In this document: positions 19,989 through 29,426 of the stretch, piece by piece | Layout of the letters: each line of letters opens with the position of its first letter | Numbering within the stretch: position 1 is the first letter of the stretch | Assembly: GCA_963765495.1 (NCBI GenBank) | Contig: CAVXWP010000005.1 | Coordinates: 1 to 64,000, forward strand | Source of the DNA: Blastocatellia bacterium | GTDB lineage: Bacteria > Acidobacteriota > Blastocatellia > UBA7656 | DNA: 64,000 nt | Reading direction: 5' to 3' | The notes under the pieces: generated by a model | What the model was told of the DNA's origin: nothing | Seen by the model: only the letters and a program-made list of their open reading frames with translations | Database searches by the model: none | Translations under genes and position numbers: made by a program

Positions 19989-21239
19989 CTATGCATCGCG
20001 CCGGATCGCGCGCACGGTTTCGACGAGGCGCTCAACCTCGTCTTCGGTCGTATAGCAGGCGCACCCTGCCCGCACCAATCCTTCCGGCACAAGCCCGAGG
20101 CGCTCAACGACGGTCGCGGCATAAAAGTCTCCGTGCGATGTGAAGATTCCTTTTTCGGCAAGCGCGCGCGTGACATCTGTGGATGATACGCCTTCGACCG
20201 TAAAGGCAACCGTTGGCGTTCGCTGCTCGCCGGGGGGCGGCCCATACAGCGTGACGCCTTCGATACCGGAAAGCCCTTCCCATCCTTGCGCAAACAACTC
20301 CGCACCGCGCCTGTGCAATTGCTCGAACGCGATTTCAAGTCGCGCACGCCTGGTTTTGGCTTCGGCAAGCGAAGCCAAAAACTCGACTGCGGCGGCAGCG
20401 CCCATTATCCCTTCGTGGTTTTGAGTCCCGGTCTCGGCGCGCTCGGGCGCTTCTTCCGGGGCGGGTGCCAGTCGGGGGAATTCGATTGACTCCAGAAGGT
20501 CTTGCTTTGCGTACAGCACTCCGATGTGAGGCCCGTAAAACTTGTAGGCGGAGCAGGCAAGGAAATCGCAATCCATGGCCCGCACATCAATGAGGGCGTG
20601 CGGCGCATAATGGACAGCGTCTATGAAGACAAACGCCCCGACCGACCGGGCCGCACGAACTGCCCTCGCCGTATCGTTGATAGTTCCAAGCGCGTTCGAC
20701 GCCGCTCCAACGGCCACAAGCCTTGTGCCCTTATTGATGAGGCGTTCCAGATCATCCCAATCGAGTTGCCCTGTGGAGGTATTAATTCTCGCCTGCCGCA
20801 CCATCACTCCTCGCTCGCGCGCCATCGCCTGCCAGGGCGCGATGTTGGCGTGGTGGTCAAGCTCGGTCACTACGATCTCGTCGCCGGGGCCAAGCTCACG
20901 TCCGAGCGAGCGGGCGAGATGGAATGTGAGCGTAGTCATGTTTGCTCCGAAGATCACCTCGGCGGGCGAGGCATTCAGGAAGTCGGCAAAGATATGCCTC
21001 GACTGCTCTATCATCCGGTCGGTCTCGGCGCTCGAAGGATAAGCCCAGTGGGTGTTGGCGTTGTGATTATAGAGATAATCACTGATCGCCTCGACCACGG
21101 CGCGGGGCACCTGCGTTCCGCCGGGGCCGTCGAAATAGGCTACCGGGTGATCGTTATAACGGCGCTCAAGGGCGGGGAACCGGCTTCGGATTTCACCGAC
21201 TTGCGCGATCTGTCTACCGGGTCGGGCGGCATCACTCAT
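19989..21239 (-). CDS. Cysteine desulfurase-like class V aminotransferase
   Basis: YFDGPGGTQVP, DHHANIAPW, DAVHYAPH, CSAYKFYGPH (PLP Lys). Confidence 0.9.
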   Translation of the reverse strand: MSDAARPGRQIAQVGEIRSRFPALERRYNDHPVAYFDGPGGTQVPRAVVEAISDYLYNHNANTHWAYPSSAETDRMIEQSRHIFADFLNASPAEVIFGANMTTLTFHLARSLGRELGPGDEIVVTELDHHANIAPWQAMARERGVMVRQARINTSTGQLDWDDLERLINKGTRLVAVGAASNALGTINDTARAVRAARSVGAFVFIDAVHYAPHALIDVRAMDCDFLACSAYKFYGPHIGVLYAKQDLLESIEFPRLAPAPEEAPERAETGTQNHEGIMGAAAAVEFLASLAEAKTRRARLEIAFEQLHRRGAELFAQGWEGLSGIEGVTLYGPPPGEQRTPTVAFTVEGVSSTDVTRALAEKGIFTSHGDFYAATVVERLGLVPEGLVRAGCACYTTEDEVERLVETVRAIRRDA

Positions 21240-21493
21240 CAGACATTATCCTCCTGTTTATATTTGCAAAATAAATTCACAAACTTCTCCAAAGTAGCGT
21301 AATCATAAATAGGCCGCGGACGGACGCGGCCTATTCCGATCTGCCTTTCATTCAAACTCATTTGCACCAATCTCTTGCGGAATGATTTGGAGAGTCTAAC
21401 AAAGCTCGCTCTACTTTGTCTTCGATAAGGCGTTGATTTTTTTAGCGCCTGCTGGAATACTTTCCGCTCTTCGGTAGACCGGGCCGGACTCTT

Positions 21494-22261
21494 ATGAATA
21501 TCCATTCGACTTCAATCATAAGCGAGGGCGCGCAACTTGGCCCGCGTGTCTCCGTCGGCCCTTACGCCGTGATCGAGCCGGACACGGTTCTGGGCGAAGG
21601 GTGTGAAGTTCGCGCTCACGCCGTCATCAAGAGGTTCACGTCGCTTGCGTCGGGCAACATCATTTACGAAGGCGCCGTCTGCGGCACAGAGCCACAGGAT
21701 TTGGGATTTGTCGAATGCGAGAGCTATCTCCGCATTGGTTCGGACAATCGAATACGCGAAGGCGCTACCCTGCATCGCGGCACACAGCCCGGTTCGGCAA
21801 CCGTCGTAGGCTCGGGTTGCTTCATAATGGCTTGCGCGCATGTGGCACACAATTGCCTGCTTGGCGACCGGGTAATCCTGGCAAATAACGTCGCGCTGGC
21901 CGGTCACGTAGAGATTGAAGACCGGGCCTTCCTTTCGGGCGGCGTGGTCGTTCATCAATTCTGTCGCATAGGGCGGTTTGCGATGATCGGCGGAAATTCA
22001 AAGATAGTTCAGGATTGCCTGCCGTTTGTGATAACCGACGGCAACCCGGGTCGCGCTCGCGGTCTGAATATAGTGGGATTGCGGCGGGCAGGTTTTAAAT
22101 CATCCGAGATACAAACATTGAAACAGGCTTACAGGATACTTCTCAGATCGGGGCTCGGGCTTGAGGCAGCTCTTTCGCGATTAAAGGAAATCGCCAGCCC
22201 CCAGGTCGATTATTTGGCGGATTTCGCTCGAAATTCAAAGCGCGGCTTTTGCAGAGAATAG
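21494..22261 (+). CDS. lpxA: UDP-GlcNAc O-acyltransferase LpxA
   Basis: Hexapeptide repeats, PQDL, IREGATLHRGT, HVAHNC, VHQFCRIG, GLNIVGLRRAGF. Confidence 0.92.
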   Translation: MNIHSTSIISEGAQLGPRVSVGPYAVIEPDTVLGEGCEVRAHAVIKRFTSLASGNIIYEGAVCGTEPQDLGFVECESYLRIGSDNRIREGATLHRGTQPGSATVVGSGCFIMACAHVAHNCLLGDRVILANNVALAGHVEIEDRAFLSGGVVVHQFCRIGRFAMIGGNSKIVQDCLPFVITDGNPGRARGLNIVGLRRAGFKSSEIQTLKQAYRILLRSGLGLEAALSRLKEIASPQVDYLADFARNSKRGFCRE

Positions 22262-22296
22262 CCGCGCCCGTCTGTGATCTCAAATCTCAAATCCTT

Positions 22297-24318
22297 CTAG
22301 TTGAGGCTCTTGGAAAAGACAAGCGGCGGCGAAACTCTTTCCTTGTCGCTTGTCCTGACCCCCATCTCCGGCATCGCAAACTCAGAGACCGTAGAGACGG
22401 CCGTCGCAACGAGCGCCACTGCTTCTTCCATCAACCTTTGCTGGCCGGGAGTGTATTCGTTCAACTGGGTGGAATAGAGCGAAACGGCTCCGTATATCTG
22501 CTCACCTTTTGTCATCGGAAAGACGGCCAGTGTGCGATAGCGGCTGAATTCGCTCGCAAGTCCTACGGGCAGATCCAGCTTCGGGTCCACGTTGCAGAAA
22601 GGCTTGCGATTGGCTATGACCCAGCCCGTCACGCCTTCGCCGAGCCCTACGTTGCGCCCTTCAATCAACTCTGCGTGCTGACCTGCGGCGTGCGCTACGA
22701 CGTTATCGCCCGTGCCCGGCACAACAAGAGTCACCGTGCATAGATCAAACTGAGCGAGCCGCCTCGCTTTTTCCGTGAAAGCCGAGAAGAGTTCTTCCTG
22801 ACTGCGCGCCATAAAGAGCGATTGCGCAAGGCTGCTGAGTGCCCTCATCTGATCTTCAATCGGCTCCTGTTTGATCGCCTGCTCATCCTCGGCAAGCCCC
22901 GCGGCCGGTGGAACGAGACGGGCTGCTTCCGATAGCTGCTCGGTAGGCTCTATGCCGAAGGTCGGCGCAGGCACGCCTCTGTGAGCCGCTATCTGCGTCT
23001 CAAATTCGGGAAGATGCGAAATAAACGTGCCGACCACGCGAGGGTCGTATTGCGACCCGCTGCCGCGTATGATCAGGTCTATGGCTTCCTCTCTGGTCAT
23101 GCCTTTGCGGTACTGGCGGTCTTCGCGTACAGCGTCGAAACAATCCACGACCGAAAGTATCCGCGCCGTCAGCGGTATCTCTTCGCCGCTCAGCCCGTCC
23201 GGGTAGCCTCTCCCGTCCCATCGCTCGTGATGATGACGGACCACGGGGACTACCGGGTAGGGAAACTCTACGCGGGAGAGTATCTGCGCCCCGGCTATGG
23301 TGTGGTACTTCATCTTCTCGAATTCGGCGGCGGTCAGTTTGCCGGGCTTGTTCAGGATGTAATCGGGAACGGCTATCTTGCCTATGTCGTGAAGGAGCGC
23401 GCCGGCTTTTAATGCTTCTATCTCGGCTTCGGAACACCCGAGCAACTGCGCCACGCCCGCTGAATAAATCTGCACCCGCAGGACGTGTTCGTGTGTGACT
23501 TCGTCTTTGGCGTTTATGGCAACGGCGAGCGCTTCGATTGTCTCTCTGTGAGCCTTGTCCATCACAGCCAGGCGCTTTGCGACGCCGTCGCGGTACTGGC
23601 GATGGGCCAGGAATATTGTAAACAGTATCGGCCCGCCGATGACGGTCATAATCAGCATGTCAAACTGGAGGGCAAAGTACATTAGGCTTGCAGCGGTGCT
23701 CGTAGGCAGAAACATCGGGGCCGTCGAGAGGAAATCTTTCCAGCTTTGAACCAGAGAGTTTCCGTGTCGCATAGCGATCAGCGTGGCAAGCAAAATCGCG
23801 TTTACCCCGAACTGTGTGAGGCCCGCAAAAAACAACGCGACCGCTGCGGCCAGAAGCGGCTGTCGGGCGTCGTTTCCCACTGCGCCGAATCCGTAATGAA
23901 GCACCATGTTTAGCATTGTCGAGGCCGAGGCCGCGCCAATCGACATCATTGAGGAAGAGAACAGATAGCTTGAAATCCTGCCGCCGTTTCGGCGCGATGA
24001 GGTGAAGCCTTCTATTCCGGCCACAAAGACGGCCGGGGCGGTTCCGTGCCAGCAGGCGACCAGAAGCACGATGGCATCGGCCAGCGTGAAGGTGATCGTC
24101 TCTTGCGTAAATCGCAAACCCTGAGGCAGCCGAAAGCGCTGCGGGAATGCGCCTACGATTACTGTTAACGGCACCAGCGCCAAGACTATCATCAGGTCTT
24201 TCAGCATGTAGCCGGTTACGAGATTTGCGGCGGCTATAAACCAGAAGGCTATGCCCGATACAGTCACCGCCGTCTGAAATACCTGGTGGCCTTTTCTGTT
24301 TATCCCCTCTTTTGCCAT
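22297..24318 (-). CDS. Multi-TM (MASE-type) sensor, HD-GYP phosphodiesterase and GAF domain protein
   Basis: About 7-8 hydrophobic helices, then AKDEVTHEH, HDIGK, HHERWDGRGYP and a C-terminal GAF (GEGVTGWV). Confidence 0.9.
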   Translation of the reverse strand: MAKEGINRKGHQVFQTAVTVSGIAFWFIAAANLVTGYMLKDLMIVLALVPLTVIVGAFPQRFRLPQGLRFTQETITFTLADAIVLLVACWHGTAPAVFVAGIEGFTSSRRNGGRISSYLFSSSMMSIGAASASTMLNMVLHYGFGAVGNDARQPLLAAAVALFFAGLTQFGVNAILLATLIAMRHGNSLVQSWKDFLSTAPMFLPTSTAASLMYFALQFDMLIMTVIGGPILFTIFLAHRQYRDGVAKRLAVMDKAHRETIEALAVAINAKDEVTHEHVLRVQIYSAGVAQLLGCSEAEIEALKAGALLHDIGKIAVPDYILNKPGKLTAAEFEKMKYHTIAGAQILSRVEFPYPVVPVVRHHHERWDGRGYPDGLSGEEIPLTARILSVVDCFDAVREDRQYRKGMTREEAIDLIIRGSGSQYDPRVVGTFISHLPEFETQIAAHRGVPAPTFGIEPTEQLSEAARLVPPAAGLAEDEQAIKQEPIEDQMRALSSLAQSLFMARSQEELFSAFTEKARRLAQFDLCTVTLVVPGTGDNVVAHAAGQHAELIEGRNVGLGEGVTGWVIANRKPFCNVDPKLDLPVGLASEFSRYRTLAVFPMTKGEQIYGAVSLYSTQLNEYTPGQQRLMEEAVALVATAVSTVSEFAMPEMGVRTSDKERVSPPLVFSKSLN

Positions 24319-24340
24319 CGTTCCCACCCCTTGTCTTACT

Positions 24341-25250
24341 TTAATTCTTCCAACCCATGAAAATAGTGTCGTAACAACCGGCGAACATAAACCCGGCCTT
24401 CTTATAGAAAGCCTGTGCTCGCTCGTTCTGCTCATTTACAAAAAGACATAGGGACCTGGTCTGCTGTAATAAGTCATTACTGAGTTGAGACAGGCAGCTT
24501 AAACCGTAGCCTTTGCCGCGCTCCTCCGGGTGAACATACACGCCTTCTCAGATAAACACAGCTCGGCGTTTTCGAGACTATGTCTGCATTGAATATCAGT
24601 TGCCCGTCACGCATCCATACCCATACCCGATTCTGTTCGATGCGGCGCAGCCATCGCCTCCGATAGCCTTTCGGGTCGGTTTCCAGCATATTGACGCCGC
24701 TCTCTTCAAAATGGAGTTGCGCATACAGAGGCAACAAAGTCGAAAGATCATCGGGCGTGGCCAGGCGCAAACCTTGCACCTGCCTGTGCCTGGAACCCGC
24801 GTATTTCTGCTCGAATAAAAGCTCGCGGCACACGCGACGCGGGCGGTCTTTGCCCTGAGCGAAATGATTCCAGAACGTCGCTATCTTTACCGACTCTCCC
24901 AAAACCATGTAGGCAAACGGGCAGTTCCGCGCAAATCGCGCGAAAGCCGCAAGCGCCGCTTCACTGCGTGTTTCTATCAAAGTGGCGTGACCTATCAGGG
25001 CAACGCCTTCGAGCTTTCCTCTGGCATCGCGGCAGCCGTAAAAGGTGCCGCGGTTCAATTCGCTCTTCAATCCGTTGTCACGAATAAATCCGTCCATAAT
25101 AACCGTGTGGACAGGGCGCGCGGCCAGAAAAGCCAGGACTTCGGGCTCTTCCTTGTTCGACAGAGGATGTATGGTCAGCGGCATCTCTACCGCCTGTAGC
25201 CATTCGATCCCCGTCACTGAAAGTTTCTGCCGGTTGGCCGATACTGCCAT
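24341..25250 (-). CDS. Two-domain GNAT acetyltransferase; +1 frameshift at about 24549
   Basis: Removing one A from CTGAGAAGGCGTG gives L-E-G-V-Y-V-H-P-E-E-R-G-K-G-Y-G (acetyl-CoA motif), joining 24477..25250 to 24341..24541. Confidence 0.82.
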
Positions 25251-25354
25251 CGCCTGTCTCCTCGGTTACTTCTCAGATCCATTTGGGCAAGAGATACAAA
25301 GCCCGGGGACCTGTATGAAATTGCCGGTGTCTCTCTTTAACATTTTTGCGCCGG

Positions 25355-27307
25355 TTATTGATCCGGCATGCGGGGGCCTGAGTCGCCGCCTACCATTGCG
25401 CCGTGAGATTGAGAAACAACATTGCTCAACACCATCCCGTTGCTTATCACCATCCCGTCGCTGAAAACCATTCCGTCGCTCAACAGCGAGCCGTCGCTTA
25501 TCAGCGAGCCGTCGCTTATCAGCATCCCGCTCGCCATAAAGGGATAGCCGTTGCTTATCAGCATCCCGCTTGAGGTCAGAACATCGGTTCCCGCCTGCAC
25601 ATCGGTTGTGAACATAACCGAATTGCTTATCAGCATCCCGTCGCTTATCAGCATTCCATTGCTTATCAGCATCCCGAGGCCGTAGACCTTCTGATACTTG
25701 GTTATCAGATCGACTCCCGTGACATAGTTATAATCAAGCACCAGACCCTGACCCCAGTAAAAAGTCTCTCCGGCGATGGTCGTCTGCGGCGTCGGAGGCG
25801 TGTTTGTGACGAGCAACGGGGAGCCGAGCGGGGTGCTGTTGCTCAGGTTGGTCCTGATGAGTTTGGCAAGCCTCACCGCGCCTTCTATGTTTATCTGGCC
25901 CGCGCCCTGCTCAAACATGTTGAAACCGGCAAGGGGCTGCGCCGTGTACATCAGAATCGCTTTCACAAGGCTTGGCGTAAGCGTCGGGTTTGCCTGTAAT
26001 AGAAGGGCTACCGTCCCGGCGACGACAGGAGTCGCCATCGAGGTTCCGCTCAACAACATCATGTCCTTGTCCGTGTTGTTGATCGAAGGATTGTCGAGTT
26101 CCGGGTGCTCTACGATAAGCTCGTTTCCGGTCGACTGAGCAGAGTACAGTCTGTTGCCGGGGGCTACCACATCGGGCTTGATCAGATTGTCGTAATGTTT
26201 TACGCCCTGCGCATCGGTGTAGTAGCTGCGCGTCGGACCGCGCGAGCTGTAGGAGGCTATCGTATCATCGCTGCGGGCGTCGGTTCCGTAGGAGTTTGTT
26301 GCTCCGACCGTGATCGCCGAAGGCGCGTTGCCGGGCGAATGCACCAGTCCGTAAGCCTTTTGCCCGTTGCCGTCCTTGCCGTTGTTTCCCGAGGCGGCGA
26401 CAACGACCACTCCCGCATCAACCAGCCTGCGCACGGCCAGACAGAGCGGGTCATTCATATAAGAATCAACCGCCAGCCCGCCAAAGCTCATGTTGACGAC
26501 TCTGATGTTATAGGCCGCGCGATTTGACAGTATCCAGTCGAGCGCGCTCAAAACCGCCGAGGTCGTCCCTCTCCCCTGCGAATCCAGCACGCGAAGATTG
26601 ATGAGCTTAGCGCCGGGCGCGATACCCCGAAAGCTTGATGATATGCCGTTTTCGCTGCCGCCTGCGGCAAGCGCCGCTACGTGAGTCCCGTGTCCGTAAG
26701 GGTCACTGTCGGCAGTTCCAAGCCCCGTGAAATCCACGCTTGCTACTACGCGAGATGAGTTATTTTTGCCGAATGATTTATGATTGACATCAAGCCCGGA
26801 ATCGAGCACGGCTATCCCTATGCCGGTTCCGTCGAGCCCGGCCTGTCCCGGCTGCTGCCGCATAACGGCCGCGCCGGTTGTGTTCTCGACGTGGCCAAGC
26901 ATCTCAACATTTCTATCCAGAGAGATATAGGCCACATCTTTGGAAGCGGCCAGAGCGCCGACCGCGCTCAAGGGGAGTTCAACTACACTCGAATTGAGGT
27001 TTCGAAGATTGCTTTTCACCTGAGCGCCGCTCGTTGTGAGGAGAGCGTCGAAACGGCTTCTTGAGCCGCCGCTCGATTGAACTATTACGCGTACGCGGTC
27101 CTTATTTTCCTGAACCGTGTTTGCTTTCCCTTCCATCCCTCTCCGAGCCGAATCATACAGGTCGGGTGATACCTTGCTGACTCTAATCGCGGGTGGAAGG
27201 CTTTGGGCGCTCGTGGTCCCGAGCAATACCGGACTGCCACACAAACAGATGAGCAGGAAATAAGCTACAATTTGTCTTCCAGTAATTCCCTTTTTTCTCT
27301 TCTGCAT
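25355..27307 (-). CDS. Secreted S8 subtilase (AprX-like) with C-terminal hexapeptide repeat tail
   Basis: AAGGAG RBS, signal peptide, prodomain, catalytic triad motifs VLDSG / HGTHVA / GTSMATP. Confidence 0.92.
   Translation of the reverse strand: MQKRKKGITGRQIVAYFLLICLCGSPVLLGTTSAQSLPPAIRVSKVSPDLYDSARRGMEGKANTVQENKDRVRVIVQSSGGSRSRFDALLTTSGAQVKSNLRNLNSSVVELPLSAVGALAASKDVAYISLDRNVEMLGHVENTTGAAVMRQQPGQAGLDGTGIGIAVLDSGLDVNHKSFGKNNSSRVVASVDFTGLGTADSDPYGHGTHVAALAAGGSENGISSSFRGIAPGAKLINLRVLDSQGRGTTSAVLSALDWILSNRAAYNIRVVNMSFGGLAVDSYMNDPLCLAVRRLVDAGVVVVAASGNNGKDGNGQKAYGLVHSPGNAPSAITVGATNSYGTDARSDDTIASYSSRGPTRSYYTDAQGVKHYDNLIKPDVVAPGNRLYSAQSTGNELIVEHPELDNPSINNTDKDMMLLSGTSMATPVVAGTVALLLQANPTLTPSLVKAILMYTAQPLAGFNMFEQGAGQINIEGAVRLAKLIRTNLSNSTPLGSPLLVTNTPPTPQTTIAGETFYWGQGLVLDYNYVTGVDLITKYQKVYGLGMLISNGMLISDGMLISNSVMFTTDVQAGTDVLTSSGMLISNGYPFMASGMLISDGSLISDGSLLSDGMVFSDGMVISNGMVLSNVVSQSHGAMVGGDSGPRMPDQ
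25421..25675 (-). repeat. 18-bp coding repeats: ten G-[MS]-[LV]-[ILF]-S-[DN] units
   Basis: GMLISN GMLISD GMLISN / GMLISN / GMLISD GSLISD GSLLSD GMVFSD GMVISN GMVLSN. Confidence 0.92.
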
Positions 27308-27384
27308 TGCCTGTCTCCTTAAACCACTGGTTCGATAATTTCCCACAATTTTCGCAATCGAATTCATTAAGCTCTGAGCAGTTA

Positions 27385-27400
27385 GGCAAGCTCTGTACCG
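27385..27400 (-). promoter_or_regulatory. Putative sigma54 promoter of the subtilase operon
   Basis: CGGTACAGAGCTTGCC (GG-N10-GC with TTGC), about 80 bp upstream of ATG 27307. Confidence 0.55.
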
Positions 27401-27611
27401 CGCGCCATTTATCAAAAAAATACGTAATTTTATTGCAATAATGAGGCTTTTGCCGATTTATCGCGCCTGGATCATATCAAGGGATTCGGTCAGGTTGAGA
27501 AATCGGCCCGTCAATTTGACCGATAAGGGCAATCTTTGTCACTTTGATTTGCCCGGATAAAAAGCAGGGGTTGCGGAGTTTGAGGGGATGTTTCTGTCTC
27601 GAAATGCGCTC

Positions 27612-27652
27612 GATTTCTATCGCTTGATTTCTATCGCTTGATTTCTATCGCT
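27612..27652. repeat. 14-bp tandem repeat x3 overlapping a stop codon
   Basis: GATTTCTATCGCTT x3. Confidence 0.8.
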
Positions 27653-28484
27653 CGCGCCAGGCTTCGCCTTCGGCTCTGAGCCGTTCGAGCGTGGCCTGCA
27701 GATACGTCTGTTTTGATGTCGCTTCTTCGGGACCGCCCTCGCGCGCCACATAGATGGGGTTCGAGATGAGAACAAGCGCGCGGGTGAAAGGCAAGGGTAT
27801 CTGCAAGCGATCCCAACTGGGCACGCTGATCGAGCGGCGCACTGTAATGTGGAAGGGAAGTATGGCCTGCCCCGTGTGGCGCGCGAGCGTGACCGCGCCG
27901 GGTTTTGCGATGAATGCCGGGCCGCGAGGGCCGTCTATTGTGAAGCCCGTGTCGATCTGGTTCTTGAGACAGGCGGCCATCTCGGTCATCGCGCGGCCCG
28001 CCCCCCGCGTCGATGAGCCTCGCGCCGTGCCGTAGCCAAATCGCTTGATGATCCGCCCGGTGAATTCCGCATCCCGGCTGCGGCTCGACATTACGACGAT
28101 GCCACGTTTGCGCCAGAACCATGTCGCGCTGAAGAGGCAAGTATGCCAGGAAGTGAAGATCGCGCGCCGCCCGCTTGAAAAAATCGAGTCTGCGTGCTCG
28201 CCGCCCTTGACCTCCCATCTGATCGTAGAGCAACTGGCAAAGATCAAAAGGTAAATAAACCAGTCCGCCGCGTATATCAACATCCGGTCGCGGAAGCTGT
28301 AGCCGGAAAGGTCCGAAGCGTCATATACGCGTGAGCGCAACTCCGCTATATCGAGTTGCGCGTCTGTCCTTCGATTTCTGCGCGCAGATTTATTCTTGAA
28401 ACCCATTGCCGCGTCGCTGAGCGGAGCAGGCTCTGAGGCGACAGGTTTTGTATCGGATGCGGCAGATAGCTCTCTTATAGTCAT
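27645..28484 (-). CDS. DUF374 / lysophospholipid acyltransferase family protein
   Basis: WH, SRSRDAE, RGSSTRG, IDGPRGP, SWDRLQIPLPF. Confidence 0.85.
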   Translation of the reverse strand: MTIRELSAASDTKPVASEPAPLSDAAMGFKNKSARRNRRTDAQLDIAELRSRVYDASDLSGYSFRDRMLIYAADWFIYLLIFASCSTIRWEVKGGEHADSIFSSGRRAIFTSWHTCLFSATWFWRKRGIVVMSSRSRDAEFTGRIIKRFGYGTARGSSTRGAGRAMTEMAACLKNQIDTGFTIDGPRGPAFIAKPGAVTLARHTGQAILPFHITVRRSISVPSWDRLQIPLPFTRALVLISNPIYVAREGGPEEATSKQTYLQATLERLRAEGEAWRER

Positions 28485-28638
28485 AATGCGTGTGCGCCGG
28501 ACGGTCGCGTCACAGATTGTATCTCCAGAGGTCGGCGCTTTCGATCTATTCAGGTTTGCCGTCCGCTTTATTGATTAACGCCATCAAAGAAGAATCTATT
28601 TACCCGGAGCGTTTCTGTCAATTCATCCGGCAAAGTTG

Positions 28639-28667
28639 TTGACAAAGCAAACGGGCAAAAGTAACCT
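28639..28667 (+). promoter_or_regulatory. Putative sigma70 promoter of lepB
   Basis: TTGACA-N17-TAACCT. Confidence 0.55.
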
Positions 28668-28717
28668 TTTTCTTATGATCTTTCGATCAAATGTTTACGT
28701 TTAGCTTTACAGTGAAT

Positions 28718-29338
28718 ATGAAACCACAACATAAAATCACAGAGTACCGTGGGATCGCACTCGAAGACGATCCCGATATAGAAGTTACCTATCCGGAAGA
28801 GCCTCCCGGGACCATTGGCCTGTGGGCCGAGATCAAATCCATCACACGCGATATAATCTTTGCCGCCGTGATGGCCGTCCTCATCGTGGTCTTTGTCGTC
28901 CAGCCCGTAAAGGTTGAAGGCACCTCGATGCTTCCCCGGCTCGAAAACGATGAGCGTATCTTCGTCAACAAATTCATCTATAACTTCGAACCCATAGAGC
29001 GCGGAGACATAGTCGTTTTCTGGTTCCCGGATGATCCTTCGAAATCATTTATCAAGCGCGTGATAGGCTTGCCCGGCGAGACGATCCGCATGGACCAGCG
29101 CGGCCAGCTCTACATAAACGGACACGCGATGGAGGAGCCGTTTCTGTCGCCGGATAAGAATCGCACCCCTCGGATGATTCCCGAAACATACATCAAGCCT
29201 CATTACTATTTCGTCATGGGAGACAATCGCGATGCTTCCAACGATAGCCGGTCGTGGGGACTGGTGCCTGAAAAATATGTTTACGGCAAGGCCATGTTTC
29301 GATACTGGCCTTTGCAACGAGTCGGCACGCTTAATTAG
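28718..29338 (+). CDS. lepB: Signal peptidase I
   Basis: [27 protein letters not shown]. Confidence 0.95.
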   Translation: MKPQHKITEYRGIALEDDPDIEVTYPEEPPGTIGLWAEIKSITRDIIFAAVMAVLIVVFVVQPVKVEGTSMLPRLENDERIFVNKFIYNFEPIERGDIVVFWFPDDPSKSFIKRVIGLPGETIRMDQRGQLYINGHAMEEPFLSPDKNRTPRMIPETYIKPHYYFVMGDNRDASNDSRSWGLVPEKYVYGKAMFRYWPLQRVGTLN

Positions 29339-29420
29339 TTTTGAGTTTTGAGTTTTGAGTTTTGAATTATCGAGCATCTCCCCGATCAAAACTCAAAATT
29401 CAAAACTCAAAACTCAAAAC
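29337..29420. repeat. (TTTTGAG)n ... (CTCAAAA)n palindromic heptamer element
   Basis: Inverted tandem heptamer arms between lepB and the next gene. Confidence 0.85.
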
Positions 29421-29426
29421 TTTTTC

